Part shown: positions 14,020 to 27,361 of the stretch, one piece after another | Position numbering within the stretch: position 1 is the stretch's first letter | Layout: each line of letters begins with the position of its first letter | Assembly: GCF_006345805.1 (NCBI RefSeq) | Contig: NC_042997.1 | Coordinates: 149,420,001-149,484,000 of the forward strand | Reading direction: 5' to 3' | Origin: Octopus sinensis | Lineage: Eukaryota | Length of the DNA stretch: 64,000 nucleotides | Made by a program: the position numbers and the translations under genes | Notes under the pieces: model-generated | What the model saw: only the letters and a program-made list of their open reading frames with translations | What the model was told of the DNA's origin: nothing | Databases searched by the model: none

Positions 14020-14358
14020 ATTTAACAAGAATTGTATTAGCATTTATACATTTAGGCAGGTTTAAAGGAGTGGTGGTGGGGGACTTTTTGGGGGTAGGCA
14101 TAGCGCAAAATATCATACTTGGGGGAGTGGTCAAGGAGTCAGTGGTAAGTTAGATGAAAGAATAGATAAATAAAAAAATAAAAAAATAAAAAAATAAAAA
14201 AAATATATAAAAAAATAAAAAAATAAAAAAATAAATAAATAAAAAATAAAATAATAAAAAGAAAAAAAATAAAAGAATAAAAATGCACACACAACACACC
14301 TAGTTCCCTATATACACATATTTACACCTATATATACACATACACCCACATACGCATA

Positions 14359-14396
<38 letters not shown>

Positions 14397-14856
14397 CACG
14401 CATACATATATATACACATGTGTGCACATACATACACACACACACATACATACACATACACATACACATGTGTACCTATACATACCTACACACACACACA
14501 TACATACATACATATATATATATATACAATCCAATACAGGCCCATTCCCTAATTTTAATTTTATTATCTTCATTTATTACTTTTGTTATCTTTGATCGCT
14601 AGAGCTAAGGATCCTGGCTATGGCAGCATGTCCATTTGTCTGTCTACTAGAAGGCAAGTACTCATTCCCGCACGCACATTCGTTAGCACGTACATTCACC
14701 CATTCGTACACTCATACACATACACGTACGCACGCGTTATATTCATACATACAAATATCTACATACGTTCACGTATATACACATACGTACTCGTACCTAC
14801 AGATTCGTGTCTACACTTTAGGAGGCTAGTCTATACATATACACCAATAAATATAC

Positions 14857-14889
<33 letters not shown>

Positions 14890-15204
14890 TACACACACAC
14901 ACATATATATACTCCTACATACAGATACATACCTATATATATATATATATATATACATACATACACATACACACATATTATATATATATATACATACATA
15001 CATATATATATACATACATACACATACACACACACACATACACACACATACATACACATATATATATATATATATATATACATACACAAACATATATACA
15101 CACATATATATACATACACACATACACACATACATACGTATACATACATACATACATCCATACATCCATACTTACATGCATTTATACGCATACACACACC
15201 CATC

Positions 15205-15240
<36 letters not shown>

Positions 15241-15529
15241 ACACACTCACACATACATATACAAATATACGCACACACATACATACATACACGTATACAC
15301 ATACACGCACATACACATATACATGCGTACCCATACACGTGCACACACGCACACGCATCCAATATATACACACACACACATATATATACACGTGTGCAAG
15401 CATACATACATACTCATACGCGCACACATACTTACATATACATATATGCACACACTTACACACATATATATACATACACATATACATGCATACATACATA
15501 TATGCCTACATACACACACGCACTCATAT

Positions 15530-15563
<34 letters not shown>

Positions 15564-15802
15564 ATATATATATTATATACATATATACATACATACACAT
15601 ACATATACATACACATATACATATACATACACATACACATTCATACATATATATACACATATATACACATATACACATACATATATACACATATACATAC
15701 ATATACATACCCGTATGTGTATGTACATGTATATATATATGTGTGTGTATATGTATATATGTTTATATATGTGAGTATGTAGAGATATAAGTATATGCAT
15801 GA

Positions 15803-15857
<55 letters not shown>

Positions 15858-16363
15858 GATATGTGTATCAGTGTATATGTATATATGTATGTGTGTGGGT
15901 ATGTATATGTATGTATATGTGTATATATTTGTGTATATGTGTATATATGTGTATATATATGTATGTATGTGTATGTGTATGTATATGTATATGTGTATGT
16001 ATATGTATGTGTATGTATGTATATATGTATATATAATATATATATAATATAATGTATATGTATATATATATATATATATATATGAGTGCGTGTGTGTATG
16101 TAGGCATATATGTATGTATGCATGTATATGTGTATGTATATATATGTGTGTAAGTGTGTGCATATATGTATATGTAAGTATGTGTGCGCGTATGAGTATG
16201 TATGTTATGCTTGCACACGTGTATATATATGTGTGTGTGTGTATATATTGGATGCGTGTGCGTGTGTGCACGTGTATGGGTACGCATGTATATGTGTATG
16301 TGCGTGTATGTGTATACGTGTATGTATGTATGTGTGTGCGTATATTTGTATATGTATGTGTGA

Positions 16364-16412
<49 letters not shown>

Positions 16413-16618
16413 TGGGTGTGTGTATGCGTATAAATGCATGTAAGTATGGATGTATGGATGTATGTATGTATGTATACGTATGTATGTGTGTATGTGTGTA
16501 TGTATATATATGTGTGTATATATGTTTGTGTATGTATATATATATATATATATATATGTGTATGTATGTGTGTGTATGTGTGTGTGTGTATGTGTATGTA
16601 TGTATATATATATGTATG

Positions 16619-16663
<45 letters not shown>

Positions 16664-17611
16664 ATGTGTATGTATGTATATATATATATATATATAGGTA
16701 TGTATCTGTATGTAGGAGTATATATATGTGTGTGTGTGTATGTATATGTGTATATATATATTATATATATATATATATATATGTATATTTATTGGTGTAT
16801 ATGTTATACTAGCCTCCTAAAGTGTAGACCGAATCTGTAGGTACGAGTACGTATGTGTATATACGTGAACGTATGTAGATATTTGTATGTATGAATATAA
16901 CGCGTGCGTACGTGTATGTGTATGAGTGTACGAATGGGTGAATGTACGTGCTAACGAATGTGCGTGCGGGAATGAGTACTTGCCTTCTAGTAGACAGACA
17001 AATGGACATGCTGCCATAGCCAGGATCCTTAGCTCTAGCGATCAAGATAACAAAAGAAATAAATGAAGATAATAAAATTAAAATTAGGGAATGGGCCTGT
17101 ATTGGATTGTATATATATATATATATGTATGTATGTATGTGTGTGTGTGTAGGTATGTATAGGTACACATGGTTATGTGTATGTGTATGTATGTGTGTGT
17201 GTGTATGTATGTGCACACTTGTATTATATATGTATGCGTGTATATGTATATATATATACTATATATATATATGTACATATGCGTATGTGGGTGTATGTGT
17301 ATATATAGGTGTAAATATGTGTATATAGGAACTAGGTGTTGTGTGTGCATTTTTATTCTTTTATTTTTTTATTTTTTTATTTTATTTTTTATTTATTTAT
17401 TTTTTTTTTTTTTATTTTTTTATATATATTTTTTTTATTTTTTTTTTTTTTATTTTTTTATTTATCTATTCTTTCATCTAACTTACCACTGACTCCTTGA
17501 CCACTCCCCCAAGTATGATATTTTGCGCTATGCCTACCCCCAAAAAGTCCCCCACCACCACTCCTTTAAACCTGCCTAAATGTATAAATGCTAATACAAT
17601 TCTTGTTAAAT

Positions 17612-17662
17612 AGCTTCCTGAAGATTTCTCTTGAATGAAACAGTACTAGTCCTGTAGAAGCT
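17612..17662 (+). ncRNA. type I hammerhead ribozyme motif (outer end of right arm)
   Basis: Stem I AGCTTC/GAAGCT, CTGAAGA 17618-24, short stem II T-TTC-TCTT-GAA-T (U.U at the closing position), GAAA 17637-40, stem III ACAG/CTGT, GUA site after 17656. Confidence 0.6.
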
Positions 17663-17745
17663 CCTTCTATATAATAAATTAATTTTACTCTGCTATGTAT
17701 TGAGTACCTTACTTACTGTGGTTAACCCCGAATCAACCCGGGACC

Positions 17746-17812
<67 letters not shown>

Positions 17813-18413
17813 ATGCACACGCAAAGAGATTTCAGTTTCAGATTCTTTCTGATAAAATAGCTCTACTACATCACTTCATATACAATATACAATAATATGA
17901 TTTCGCCCATAGCGCAGTGATTCGCTCTCTAAAATATATAAATATTGATAGAATATATATTTTCGTTTAAAGCGAAATTCAAAATCCGTTTTAGATAACA
18001 AAGATAGTTATATATTTTGATAATTTCTATTGCTTTTGGAGCATAAAATGAATAGTTTTCAAAATAATATGGTATATGGCTTAACACGTTATTACTAACC
18101 ATGTGTATAAACTGTTGCGTAGAATAAAGTTCAGATGTATTGAAATGCTATCGAATTCTATATCGCAATACATTATTCCTTAAAATCCTGATTTTACATT
18201 TCAGTTGACAGAGGTATTCAAAACTTGTTTCAACAACTAGGTGGAATCGATTGCATCATTTGCAACACGTTAAAGACAAGAATAACTCATGGGTCTATCG
18301 ATAAAGCATTTTTTGCTTTTCTTTTTCTTTTTTTTTTCTTTTTACAGAAAGAAGGATTTAGGGATGATAGTTCTGGAATTTCAGATGATATCCGAATAAA
18401 GTCAATGAAATGA

Positions 18414-18414
<1 letters not shown>

Positions 18415-18469
<55 letters not shown>

Positions 18470-18470
18470 A
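18415..18470. repeat. (TAG)n microsatellite
   Basis: Direct reading. Confidence 0.95.
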
Positions 18471-19536
18471 ATAATGCTGTTATTCTTGTTATTGTTGTTG
18501 ATGATGATGCTGATGATGTTGATGATGATTTTTTTATTAACCGGAAAGTTAATAAAAGATATGATACAAGTTGGAATAAATGTTAAATGAAACGGGACGG
18601 GAACGTTATACAATGGGCGGATAAAAGAAAATTATACAAACATGAATTAATATAAAAGATTATGACATGACATAAAGTTTGTATGGGAGATCAACAGTTA
18701 TTGTTAATCACTAGCACATAGATAAGGTCGGGCTGAACATTCTATATTTCAACCCCTAGGACATCACTGATGTAATGCTAGTGGTGTATCTGGTGGGATG
18801 GTGCCCATAGTAACTCTACGGCTGCTGTTGGTGATGGATTTTGTACATAGGTTCTTAAATGCTGCTCCCCCCTTTCGTTCCATGTTTTGGTACTGTTGGG
18901 AGTGGATTTTATCGAGGTGTTTTGTCACATCACTTCCCACAGTTACTTTCGTCTCCTTTCTCTGAATAATTTGCGGCCGAGAGACATGTTTTGGTCGACA
19001 TTTCATTTATGTCTGTTGTCACCATTTTTGGTTTTGTTTTGGGGATCCTTGTTTTTGTTTTTTCGTTTTTGTTGACGATATCTAAGTCAGTGAGGCCTGT
19101 ATTCCTTTGGTTATTTTTGTTGCTGTTGCTTCTACTCTCAATGTTGTTGTTTATTTTTAAGTAACGATTCAATTCCTGCATCTGATGCTAAAGACTTTAG
19201 TACTGCGGTTGCACACTGTTGAAGGAGATGCTGTTGGAATTGTTGTTATTGCTATTGTGTTTTATGCAGTGGAAATCTTTATTCGAACCTTCACTTTTTG
19301 ATTGCGAAAGGAGGCCTTAAAATAACTAATGTATCTATTGGTATATCATCTAGAAATCTTCCTCTATCACTATCTGCATCTAGTAACCTGTTGTAATCTC
19401 TACCACGTTGGGATTGTGATTTCCAATACAATCCCTCCAAAGATATATTTTTGAGACCTTTTATGATTGATAATGTCGTGCTAGCCCTCTCCAGTAAAAG
19501 AACTTTTTTCAGCCACCTCAAGTCTAGTTAACTAGG

Positions 19537-19611
19537 AATGTTGGCAATATTCTCTATGGGAACACTTCGTTACTCATAAATTGGAATCAATCTTAATTCA
19601 CCTCTTCTACA
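19537..19611 (+). repeat. 75 bp unique sequence duplicated exactly at 22718-22792
   Basis: AATGTTGGCAATATTCTCTATGGG...CACCTCTTCTACA identical at both positions. Confidence 0.9.
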
Positions 19612-20503
19612 TTCAACATAAAGTTCATCTAGATATTTGTGAAAATATCAGTCTTATTCCACAATAACACACCTAGGTGTTTGTCATGTGTCAAGAAGTC
19701 TATGTCTCACTTGATGACCTTCAATCTGAGTTGAAACTGCTTAGTCTAAGACTCACGATCTGCCAACACTTTCCTCTGTTTGGTCACACAACTGCTCTAC
19801 TATCGTTAGTGCAAGAGACCTTCCTCTTCCTGGTCTACTGATGAATATTCTGATTCTTCGAGGTCTTGATATTTTATCTGCAGCAGAAAATGTACAATTT
19901 TTGGTGTGATTTTACTAGTGATCATTCCATTATTACCTCTGGTGTTCTTGTTGCTGACGTCATTGTTTACTATTGCGTTGCGGTATCAATTCCAATGCTA
20001 CTACTACAGTTTCTTTTTTCGTATTGTTGGCTGCTGTAAGTAGAAACTCCCCTTATCCACCTGTGAATGTGTGAGAGAGCTCCAGTTTTCTACCGGCTTG
20101 CTATTGTTTCCCATATCATTGACGTTTGTGCTGTTGCTTCTGATGTGGTTTCTTCTGCTGCCGTGTCTATTGAAGTGACTGGTATTAGTATCGGTCATTA
20201 CTACGACTGTATTGCTGTACGTTAGGTGATGCTGGCTGCACATATTAGTTTCATTTTAAAAAAGAAAAAAATTCCATCCCACCTTACACACATGCTTGAC
20301 TGTCAAATATGAAAGTGTGGATTTCAAATATTTTGTTTGTTTGAAACGTTCTAAGAATATTTTTCCGAAGAGTGAGTAACAAATGCGAGATATAGTCCAT
20401 AACAATCCTTGTCAGCTTATTAAAACCAATAAATATAAGTTTCGAACAATAGAAAAGACACATAGAAAGCAACAGTATCACCACCACCACCACAACCACC
20501 ACC

Positions 20504-20537
<34 letters not shown>

Positions 20538-20548
20538 TCATCACCATG

Positions 20549-20963
20549 AGAAAGCAACCATACCATTAGATATGCCAATACACAGAGAAATTAAGACCAA
20601 TAGGCCAGATATAGTTGTCAGAGATCATGAAGAAAAAGAATGTTTTCTACTTGATGTAAATAGAGGTAACTCGAATGTGGAATCTAAAAACAGAAATAAT
20701 TCCTATCATAGTAGGCGCATTAGGTATGATATAAAATATTCAGCCAAATATATAACAAAAATACCAGGATACACAAATATATATATCATCCAGAAAATTG
20801 CACTACTGGGCACTGCACACTTCCTACGCAAAGCACTTTCAATACAGTAACCATAAGAACATCACAGCAAACCACAGCACATACCCAAGGCACACAGAGT
20901 TACGCTCGGTATTGAAGTGAAAGCACGTTATAAAAATAAAACTACTCAATAATAATAATAATA

Positions 20964-20965
<2 letters not shown>
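20549..20965 (+). mobile_element. Dong/R4-like non-LTR retrotransposon 3' fragment (restriction-like endonuclease) with (AAT)n tail
   Basis: ORF 20383-20850 contains LDMPIHREIKTNRPDIVVRDHEEKECFLLDV...IQKIALLGTAHFLRKALSIQ, matching the RLE motif RPD-x12-D and the LGTA C-terminus; flanked by trinucleotide repeats. Confidence 0.8.
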
Positions 20966-21034
<69 letters not shown>

Positions 21035-21045
21035 GGTGGTGGTGG

Positions 21046-21079
<34 letters not shown>

Positions 21080-21104
21080 AATAATAATAATAATAATAAT
21101 AATA
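20950..21104. repeat. compound trinucleotide repeat (AAT)(GAT)(GGT)(GAT)(AAT)
   Basis: Direct reading. Confidence 0.9.
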
Positions 21105-21543
21105 ACTGGAGACTGTGCGAAGAGCGGAGGCTAGAGAGAGGCAAGACGTGGTATGAGCACAAACCCCAGTGCCGGAGACCAGGAAAGTCTTCTGGGATTT
21201 CCCAATCCAAACTGCTTAGGTGCTAGAGAATAACAGACCGGACCTAGTGGTGGTGGACAAGGTGCACCATATATGCTATAAAGTTGATGTTGCATGCCCC
21301 ATTGACCCCTAGAATCAAGAACGAAGACGAAAAGATAGATACAACCCACTTAAGTACAAAATAGTCTGGCTATGGAAAATGAAGATGGAGACAGAGAGAA
21401 TTATCGTTAGGCCTGTGGGAACGGTACCAGAAGCCATCAAGAAGAATATAAAGAAAATTGGAAGAGGTACCCAATAGAACTGTTACAAAATGTTTGCCTC
21501 CTTGGCACGGCCAGAATAATCAGTAAAGTATTAGATAGCTGAA
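21104..21543 (+). mobile_element. second, different Dong/R4-like RLE-domain 3' fragment
   Basis: Frameshifted translation: WRLCEERRLERGKTWYEHKP..FWDFPIQT..NRPDLVVVDKVH..DVACP..LLQNVCLLGTARIISKVLDS*. Confidence 0.8.
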
Positions 21544-22344
21544 AAGAACAAATAGCATGATACCGTAGGCTACAGGTACGCATGTAAGACTCCAGGAATT
21601 CCTACAAAATATGTGATGAAAAGAATGATGAGGAGGAGGAGGATAAAATAACAGCAACAGTATCAATCATAATGACAACAATGACATCCATATAGTAATT
21701 CTTGTAAATAAATGAAAATATAAAGTGATTATCCAAGATATTCATTGATATCTATCCGTATCTCAGATTTATGTGCATCCCATATATATCTGAAAAAAAT
21801 AAAAAGCTATCATTGCATCGCTCATTTCAAGTATCGAAACCACAATCTTACGCTAATGTGTGCAACATCGTATTAACCATGCCCTGCGCGTTAAAAATAA
21901 TATCAAAATGTCCTTCCCAAAGCATCCTCTAGTCCAGGAAATAGAACCATAATCTTACGATCATGCGCTCAACACTCTAATCGCTAATCTACGTGCCTCC
22001 ACGTTGCTTACACATACAAACGCACACGCACGCATACACACAAACACAAACATACCGTTATCACTATTTTTTTTTACTTCATTATTCCATCTTCTATATC
22101 TAAATTTAGAAAAAGAGAATGAACAAGCAAAAAACTAAAGTAAGAAAAAAAGATGGTATCAATGTAGAATATTTAATTTATTGCTAGGGTAGTTATAGTA
22201 AATGCGGGATTATGAAGTAATTCGTAGATTCTCTCACAACTGTTTCAAGAATAGTTTAGATTGTGGAGCATAGGCTATTGAGCAAAGATCCCTACGTAAG
22301 CTAACTACCCCGTCATCGGATAAATATTCCTTGGTTCTTGATAA

Positions 22345-22446
22345 AATGTCTCTGGGATGATGAACAGTTAGCACACATAGAAAGATTTAGTCAATAGTAT
22401 ATTCTCCGCATGTTCCACTATTCCAGAAACAGCTGTAGGAGACATT
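22345..22446 (+). ncRNA. degenerate type I hammerhead motif (PLE pLTR-like remnant)
   Basis: Stem I AATGTCT/AGACATT, GAAA 22426-29, perfect palindromic stem III ACAGCTGT, GUA; core disrupted (CTGGGATGA) and stem II decayed. Confidence 0.45.
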
Positions 22447-22717
22447 ACACATCACTTCATAATCCTTTACTATAACTGTTGTTTGAATCATAAATTAATG
22501 ACTCTAAAGTGGTGCCACATGTTTCGCATGTTCATTTTCTTTTTCTAATATATAACTACTTGCTCAATGGTGAACCACTTCTAGCTTCAACATTATCAAT
22601 CTTTCAGTTGCAGTTCAAGATAGAGCTTTAGGAGTAAATCAAACCGTGTATGTGTGTGTGCGTGCGTGCATATGTATGTGTATGTAAGTGTTGTTGGACG
22701 GTCTCGTTATGGCTGTC

Positions 22718-22792
22718 AATGTTGGCAATATTCTCTATGGGAACACTTCGTTACTCATAAATTGGAATCAATCTTAATTCACCTCTTCTACA
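22718..22792 (+). repeat. second copy of the 75 bp exact duplication
   Basis: Identical to 19537-19611. Confidence 0.9.
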
Positions 22793-25700
22793 ATAAGGAA
22801 TTGTAATTGTTCTTCTCTCCCCATCCTACATCAGTTTAATCGATAAAGTAGCTAAAACAAGGCAAAGAATATAATTGAAACCAATGAATTTAAATACTGT
22901 CATATTTGCGAAAAGGCAGTTGAAATGCTTCCATGCAATTCAAGGACAAATAATGCAAATAAATTGCATAAGCACATATTTTATAGTTTGATCATGAATA
23001 GCATTCATTTCACACTATCAAGGCTACATATAGGCGGAATTCTTAGAGTGTGGATAATCGTACCAGCTGTTAGAATTGTGAGATGGAATTTCGCCGGAGA
23101 TTGCTTTGCATTTCAGCCATGCGAAAGTCATATACATTGTTCTTAGCAAGTGCTGAGTTTCATTTCAACGATACATTTCTCCATGTATGCTTCGTGCCTA
23201 AGTAAAACAATCTCCGTTTGTACTTATGATAGAATTTTCTCACAAACATAACGGGCCCAAATGAAGAAAGAATTACGCTTTGGATCATGTGGTTCTATAT
23301 AAGCTTTGTCTAAAAATTACGATTAATTGGTCAAGGTTAGAAGGGTTTCTGAATATAGGTAAATTGATTAGGGTAAGCCCATGAATAAACAATAACTAAC
23401 AATAGCTTGATTCTATATGTAAATATTGAGCGATAATATTTCAATAAAGTTTCCGTATTTAAACTTAGTAGCGGTAATTTCTTCGTAGTGTCATGAGATG
23501 AAATAATTTTAGTGAAGATTAACGTAATATTAGGAGCTAACAAATAACAAAATATTTATTAGTTTAAGCATAATTCTTATTCTAAAGATATTGTTATTAT
23601 TGATGATAACAGATAAATAGATATTCGAATTGATTTTAAACTTAAGAGACATTTGATTTGAAAAGATAGGGTACTATATATGCTATATCTAGAAATTAAT
23701 ACTGATTGCTCAAGGGATATTTCCTAGTGTGTCTAGCAGACTTAGAGAGAAAAACACAAGTTGACAAACTATTAAGAAATTAGATAACATTAGTATTGAC
23801 TTAATAGACAAATGATATATCTCAATGGAGGTAAACATTGTAACCTCTATTCCATCTACAAGAAAAGAATTGAATTAAAAATGAATAACATTAGGGCAAG
23901 CATAGTTTCTTAAAACTTTCGGAAAATGTGTATTCTGGATTATAACTGCAAAATCCTAGCAAAACAAAAATTCATAGTCCAAAATCTGAGACGTGAGTTG
24001 ATTTCCATGAACAGGACATAACGCGATAATTGGATAATTCTGCATTTCATTGGTATGTCTGCATTATAAACTTAGAATTATCATACATTTGAAAATTTTT
24101 CGAATGTGAATGTGGTACAAATATTTTGACAATGCAAATTATGTTTGAGAAGGTATTACTTCGTAATAATACGATATGTGATATGAAATCATTTTGCAGT
24201 GTCGAACCGAAAGCTAACACACGCATACATTTCATACAACAACAATCCGTATTGCCTTAAATATAACACATATTACTCAAGAGGTCTATATGTAATTACT
24301 TTTATTGAAAATGTGGAGGAAATTTTATAAATTAAATATCGATGTTACATTGTAGAAACCTTTTACATGTACTCACTGAAATACGTCATTGGAAAGCGAA
24401 TGAAAAGATCATGGCAACCAGAATACAATCCTACGATCATTTTCGGTTTGGATAACTAACATCTGCACATGAGGCTGCAGCATACTTATGCGCATGCAGT
24501 ATATAAAACAGCAATGGTGAATAACAATTTAAGGCCTACTCTTATTTACGGTTACAAAATGATCAACATAAAAATAAATACTCTGACTTAGATGAACAAA
24601 TCCAAACTGAATAGGCCAGCAGAACACATGCATTTGCCATATCGGATTAGCACGTCACCGTTAGATACAGCGAGAAATAGAATACATAATTCTTACAAGG
24701 TTTCGGAGAAAAATCGCGCGGTTGATTAAATACTGCATTTTTATCACTTTATCCAAAACCAATCTTCAGCAAAATACTTAGAGCAACGAGAACGTAGATA
24801 AAATAGTTCTGAATACACATGTTCAGTCAATTCTCTAGAGAAAATATATTTGGTACTTTGGAATTTCTATAGGACTTAGAAATGAAACGATAATACGAAG
24901 ATATTACAGAATTGTGGCATAGAGGCAAGCCGATAATAATCCTTGCAACATTTTAGATAATATAAATGAACACTTATGAATAATCGATGTAGCAATAGCG
25001 ATTTAGTATAATATTGAGCAAAAAGGAACAGGGAACCTCAACATATATACTGACTTAGCCGTTTAATTATACACACGTGACAGCCAATATTTTGCCTATA
25101 ATCGGATTTCTAATTTGCACAGCTAGAACCGTACAAAATCAAATCTGTAGGATTACATATAAATAGGTATAGTAACTTTCCAGAGAATGGAAATGCGATG
25201 TTTTGTAGGCATTATTTAATCATTCTTTCGCAAAATATAAGTTTAAACGTGCTGATTTGTTAATGTACCAAAATATATAATTACTGAATAAGGAAAGGAT
25301 ATCTTGAATGTGTTTCTGAATCCATAAATAATAATAAGTGAATTTTACACCAGGGTATAAACATTTTTGTTTGATGTGTGGCAAGATTCGAGTGAATGAT
25401 CGACAACTAATTTTTTTTTTCAAGTCCAAAAATATTGAGGATACGAATGCAGAAGTCAAATAAAACCCAGATAGTATAATCTGTTTTGTCTCTGTTGCTA
25501 TTCACCTTCATTTTTGATATCATTTTTTTCTTATTTGGGCACAATCTACATATTTTCCTGTTTAGCGTGGATCGAACATCGTAGATATCCACACCATAAA
25601 GATTTCATATCAACTTTGACAGATTTTAAGGCCTCAAGGTATACATACCTCTAAAAATGTCCACAAAGTGCACATTCTCTAATGCTGCGTCGAGTTATGT

Positions 25701-26029
25701 ATCCGCTAAAATTGTAAGAATATAAGTACAATGGCTTCTAATAAAGTAACATGATCGCACATTTTGGGTAATGCAATAGCATTTCATTATTTATTATCAA
25801 TTTTAATGGTGCAATTTTGAACTAAACAAGTAGCAGCCAGCAAACAAGATAAAGAACTCTGACCAACGCAGTATCAATGTTGCTACGTATCTTGTTTTAG
25901 GAAAACATTCTTAGGTAAATCCCCTTCAAAATATTTGCATGAGTTTTGTTATATTGGGTCTCTGTAGTGATAATTAAACGGAATTGCAACGTGTATTTAC
26001 GACAATTGATACCACATAATATATTTAGA

Positions 26030-26437
26030 ATGGCTGTGGAATTTATGTGTGGTAAGTAGCTTCCTTACGAACCACATGGTTATGGGTTGAGTCCCACGGC
26101 GTAGTAGCTTGGGCAAGTATCTTCTAATATAACCTCGGGCCGACCAAAGCCTTGTGAGTGGATTTGATAGACGGAAACTGAAAGAATCCCGTCGTATATA
26201 TGCATATATAATATATATATATATATATGTGACTGTGTTTGTCCCCCCCCCAACATCGATTGTCAACTAACGCTGGTGTGCTTACGTCCCCGTAACTTAG
26301 CGGTTCGGCAAGAGAGACCGATAGAATAAGTACTAGGCTTACAAATAATAAGTCATGGGGTCGATTTGCTCGACTAAAGACGGTGCTCCAGCATGACCAC
26401 AGTCAAATGACTGAAGCAAGTCAAAGAGTAAAAGAGA
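26030..26437 (+). mobile_element. tRNA-derived CORE-like SINE, near full length
   Basis: tRNA-like head (TGTGGTAAGTAGC..GGTTGAGTCCC), CTTGGGCAAGT CORE-like motif, internal TA tract, 3' AAAGAGTAAAAGAG tail; same family as 4500-4770. Confidence 0.85.
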
Positions 26438-26603
26438 AATATACGAAAGTGAATGCAACTGATTCAGTGATACTTTAATGGCGAAAGGATAGTTTTATCT
26501 ATATGTTTGAGCATTCGTGTGAGAGTATATATATGAATATACAAATACATTCATATGAGTTGTTGTCGCCCCAAATTAGGGGACAAAAAGAAAACAAACT
26601 TAC

Positions 26604-26868
26604 TTTTGGGGTTGATAGCTTGGAAGTTATTTCTAACTTGGTTGAAGTTCGAGGTTTGCTATACTTCCTCATTGTTTGTGCAGATTCTTTATCTGATTTT
26701 TCGAACTCTTCATATTAACTTTCAGCCTCTGCTTCAGACGTTGACGATAACGCTGTAGTTACTGCGGTTGAAGTTGGCATAGGACACTTTTCTTCTTTTG
26801 GATGGGTGGATAATTTTGGAACTGGCTGCCTTTCCACTTGCATACTCAACTTGTCCCTTCCTTTCAAT
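26604..26868 (-). pseudogene. candidate exon or pseudo-exon, S/T/E/K-rich, one in-frame stop
   Basis: CAG acceptor (26869-71) and GTAAGT donor (26598-603) bracket 265 nt; frame reads LKGRDKLS...SEAEAES*YEEFEKSDKESAQ...KLSTPK. Confidence 0.3.
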
Positions 26869-26969
26869 CTGATGATAATATAACCTTCTATCCTCACCGC
26901 ACTGTTTTCATTTGTAACGTCAAAAGTTCATTTCAATGAATCGTATATATATATATATTATATATATAT

Positions 26970-27013
<44 letters not shown>

Positions 27014-27164
27014 ATATATAGATATATATATATATATATATATTGTGTAAGATATAAGTTACAGGTAATGAAACCACCTAAGCAACAGATGTATCCAAAT
27101 CCATTCTTAGTATTACCACAGTATATATGGTCCTTGTTGTAAGGTATACGGTAGTAGGTATTTA

Positions 27165-27218
<54 letters not shown>

Positions 27219-27223
27219 TATAT

Positions 27224-27361
27224 ACAAAGGTTGGACAAACTAACGGAAACATCTGAAAATTTCAAACATATTTATTTTAATATGGGGTAGGGTCGCCTTT
27301 GGCAGTAATTACAGTTTGAATTATATGAGGGATGGTCTAGTAAAAAGTTTGAATTGTTTCC
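27224..27361 (-). mobile_element. Tc1-like element 3'-terminal fragment
   Basis: TACAAAGGTTGGACAAACTAACGGAAACATCT...AAGTTTGAATTGTTTCC resembles the terminus at 39758; embedded in (TA)n. Confidence 0.6.

Larger units (their letters stand above)
13952..17679. repeat. large inverted duplication (~1.76-1.78 kb arms, ~184 bp spacer), microsatellite-rich interior
   Basis: 13952-15712 is the reverse complement of 15897-17679. Outer unique segments are identical where compared; inner unique segments (14530-14830 vs 16810-17110) differ by small indels; microsatellite lengths differ. Confidence 0.92.

Noticed and set aside
14328-17492. Long ORFs up to 399 aa rich in Y/I/H/T or V/C/M
   Set aside because: Translations of TA/CA microsatellites that lack stop codons by composition; no domain signal
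18764-19521. Short minus-strand ORFs (80, 83 and 76 aa) in less AT-rich sequence
   Set aside because: No motif recognised; probably decayed retroelement, family not assignable
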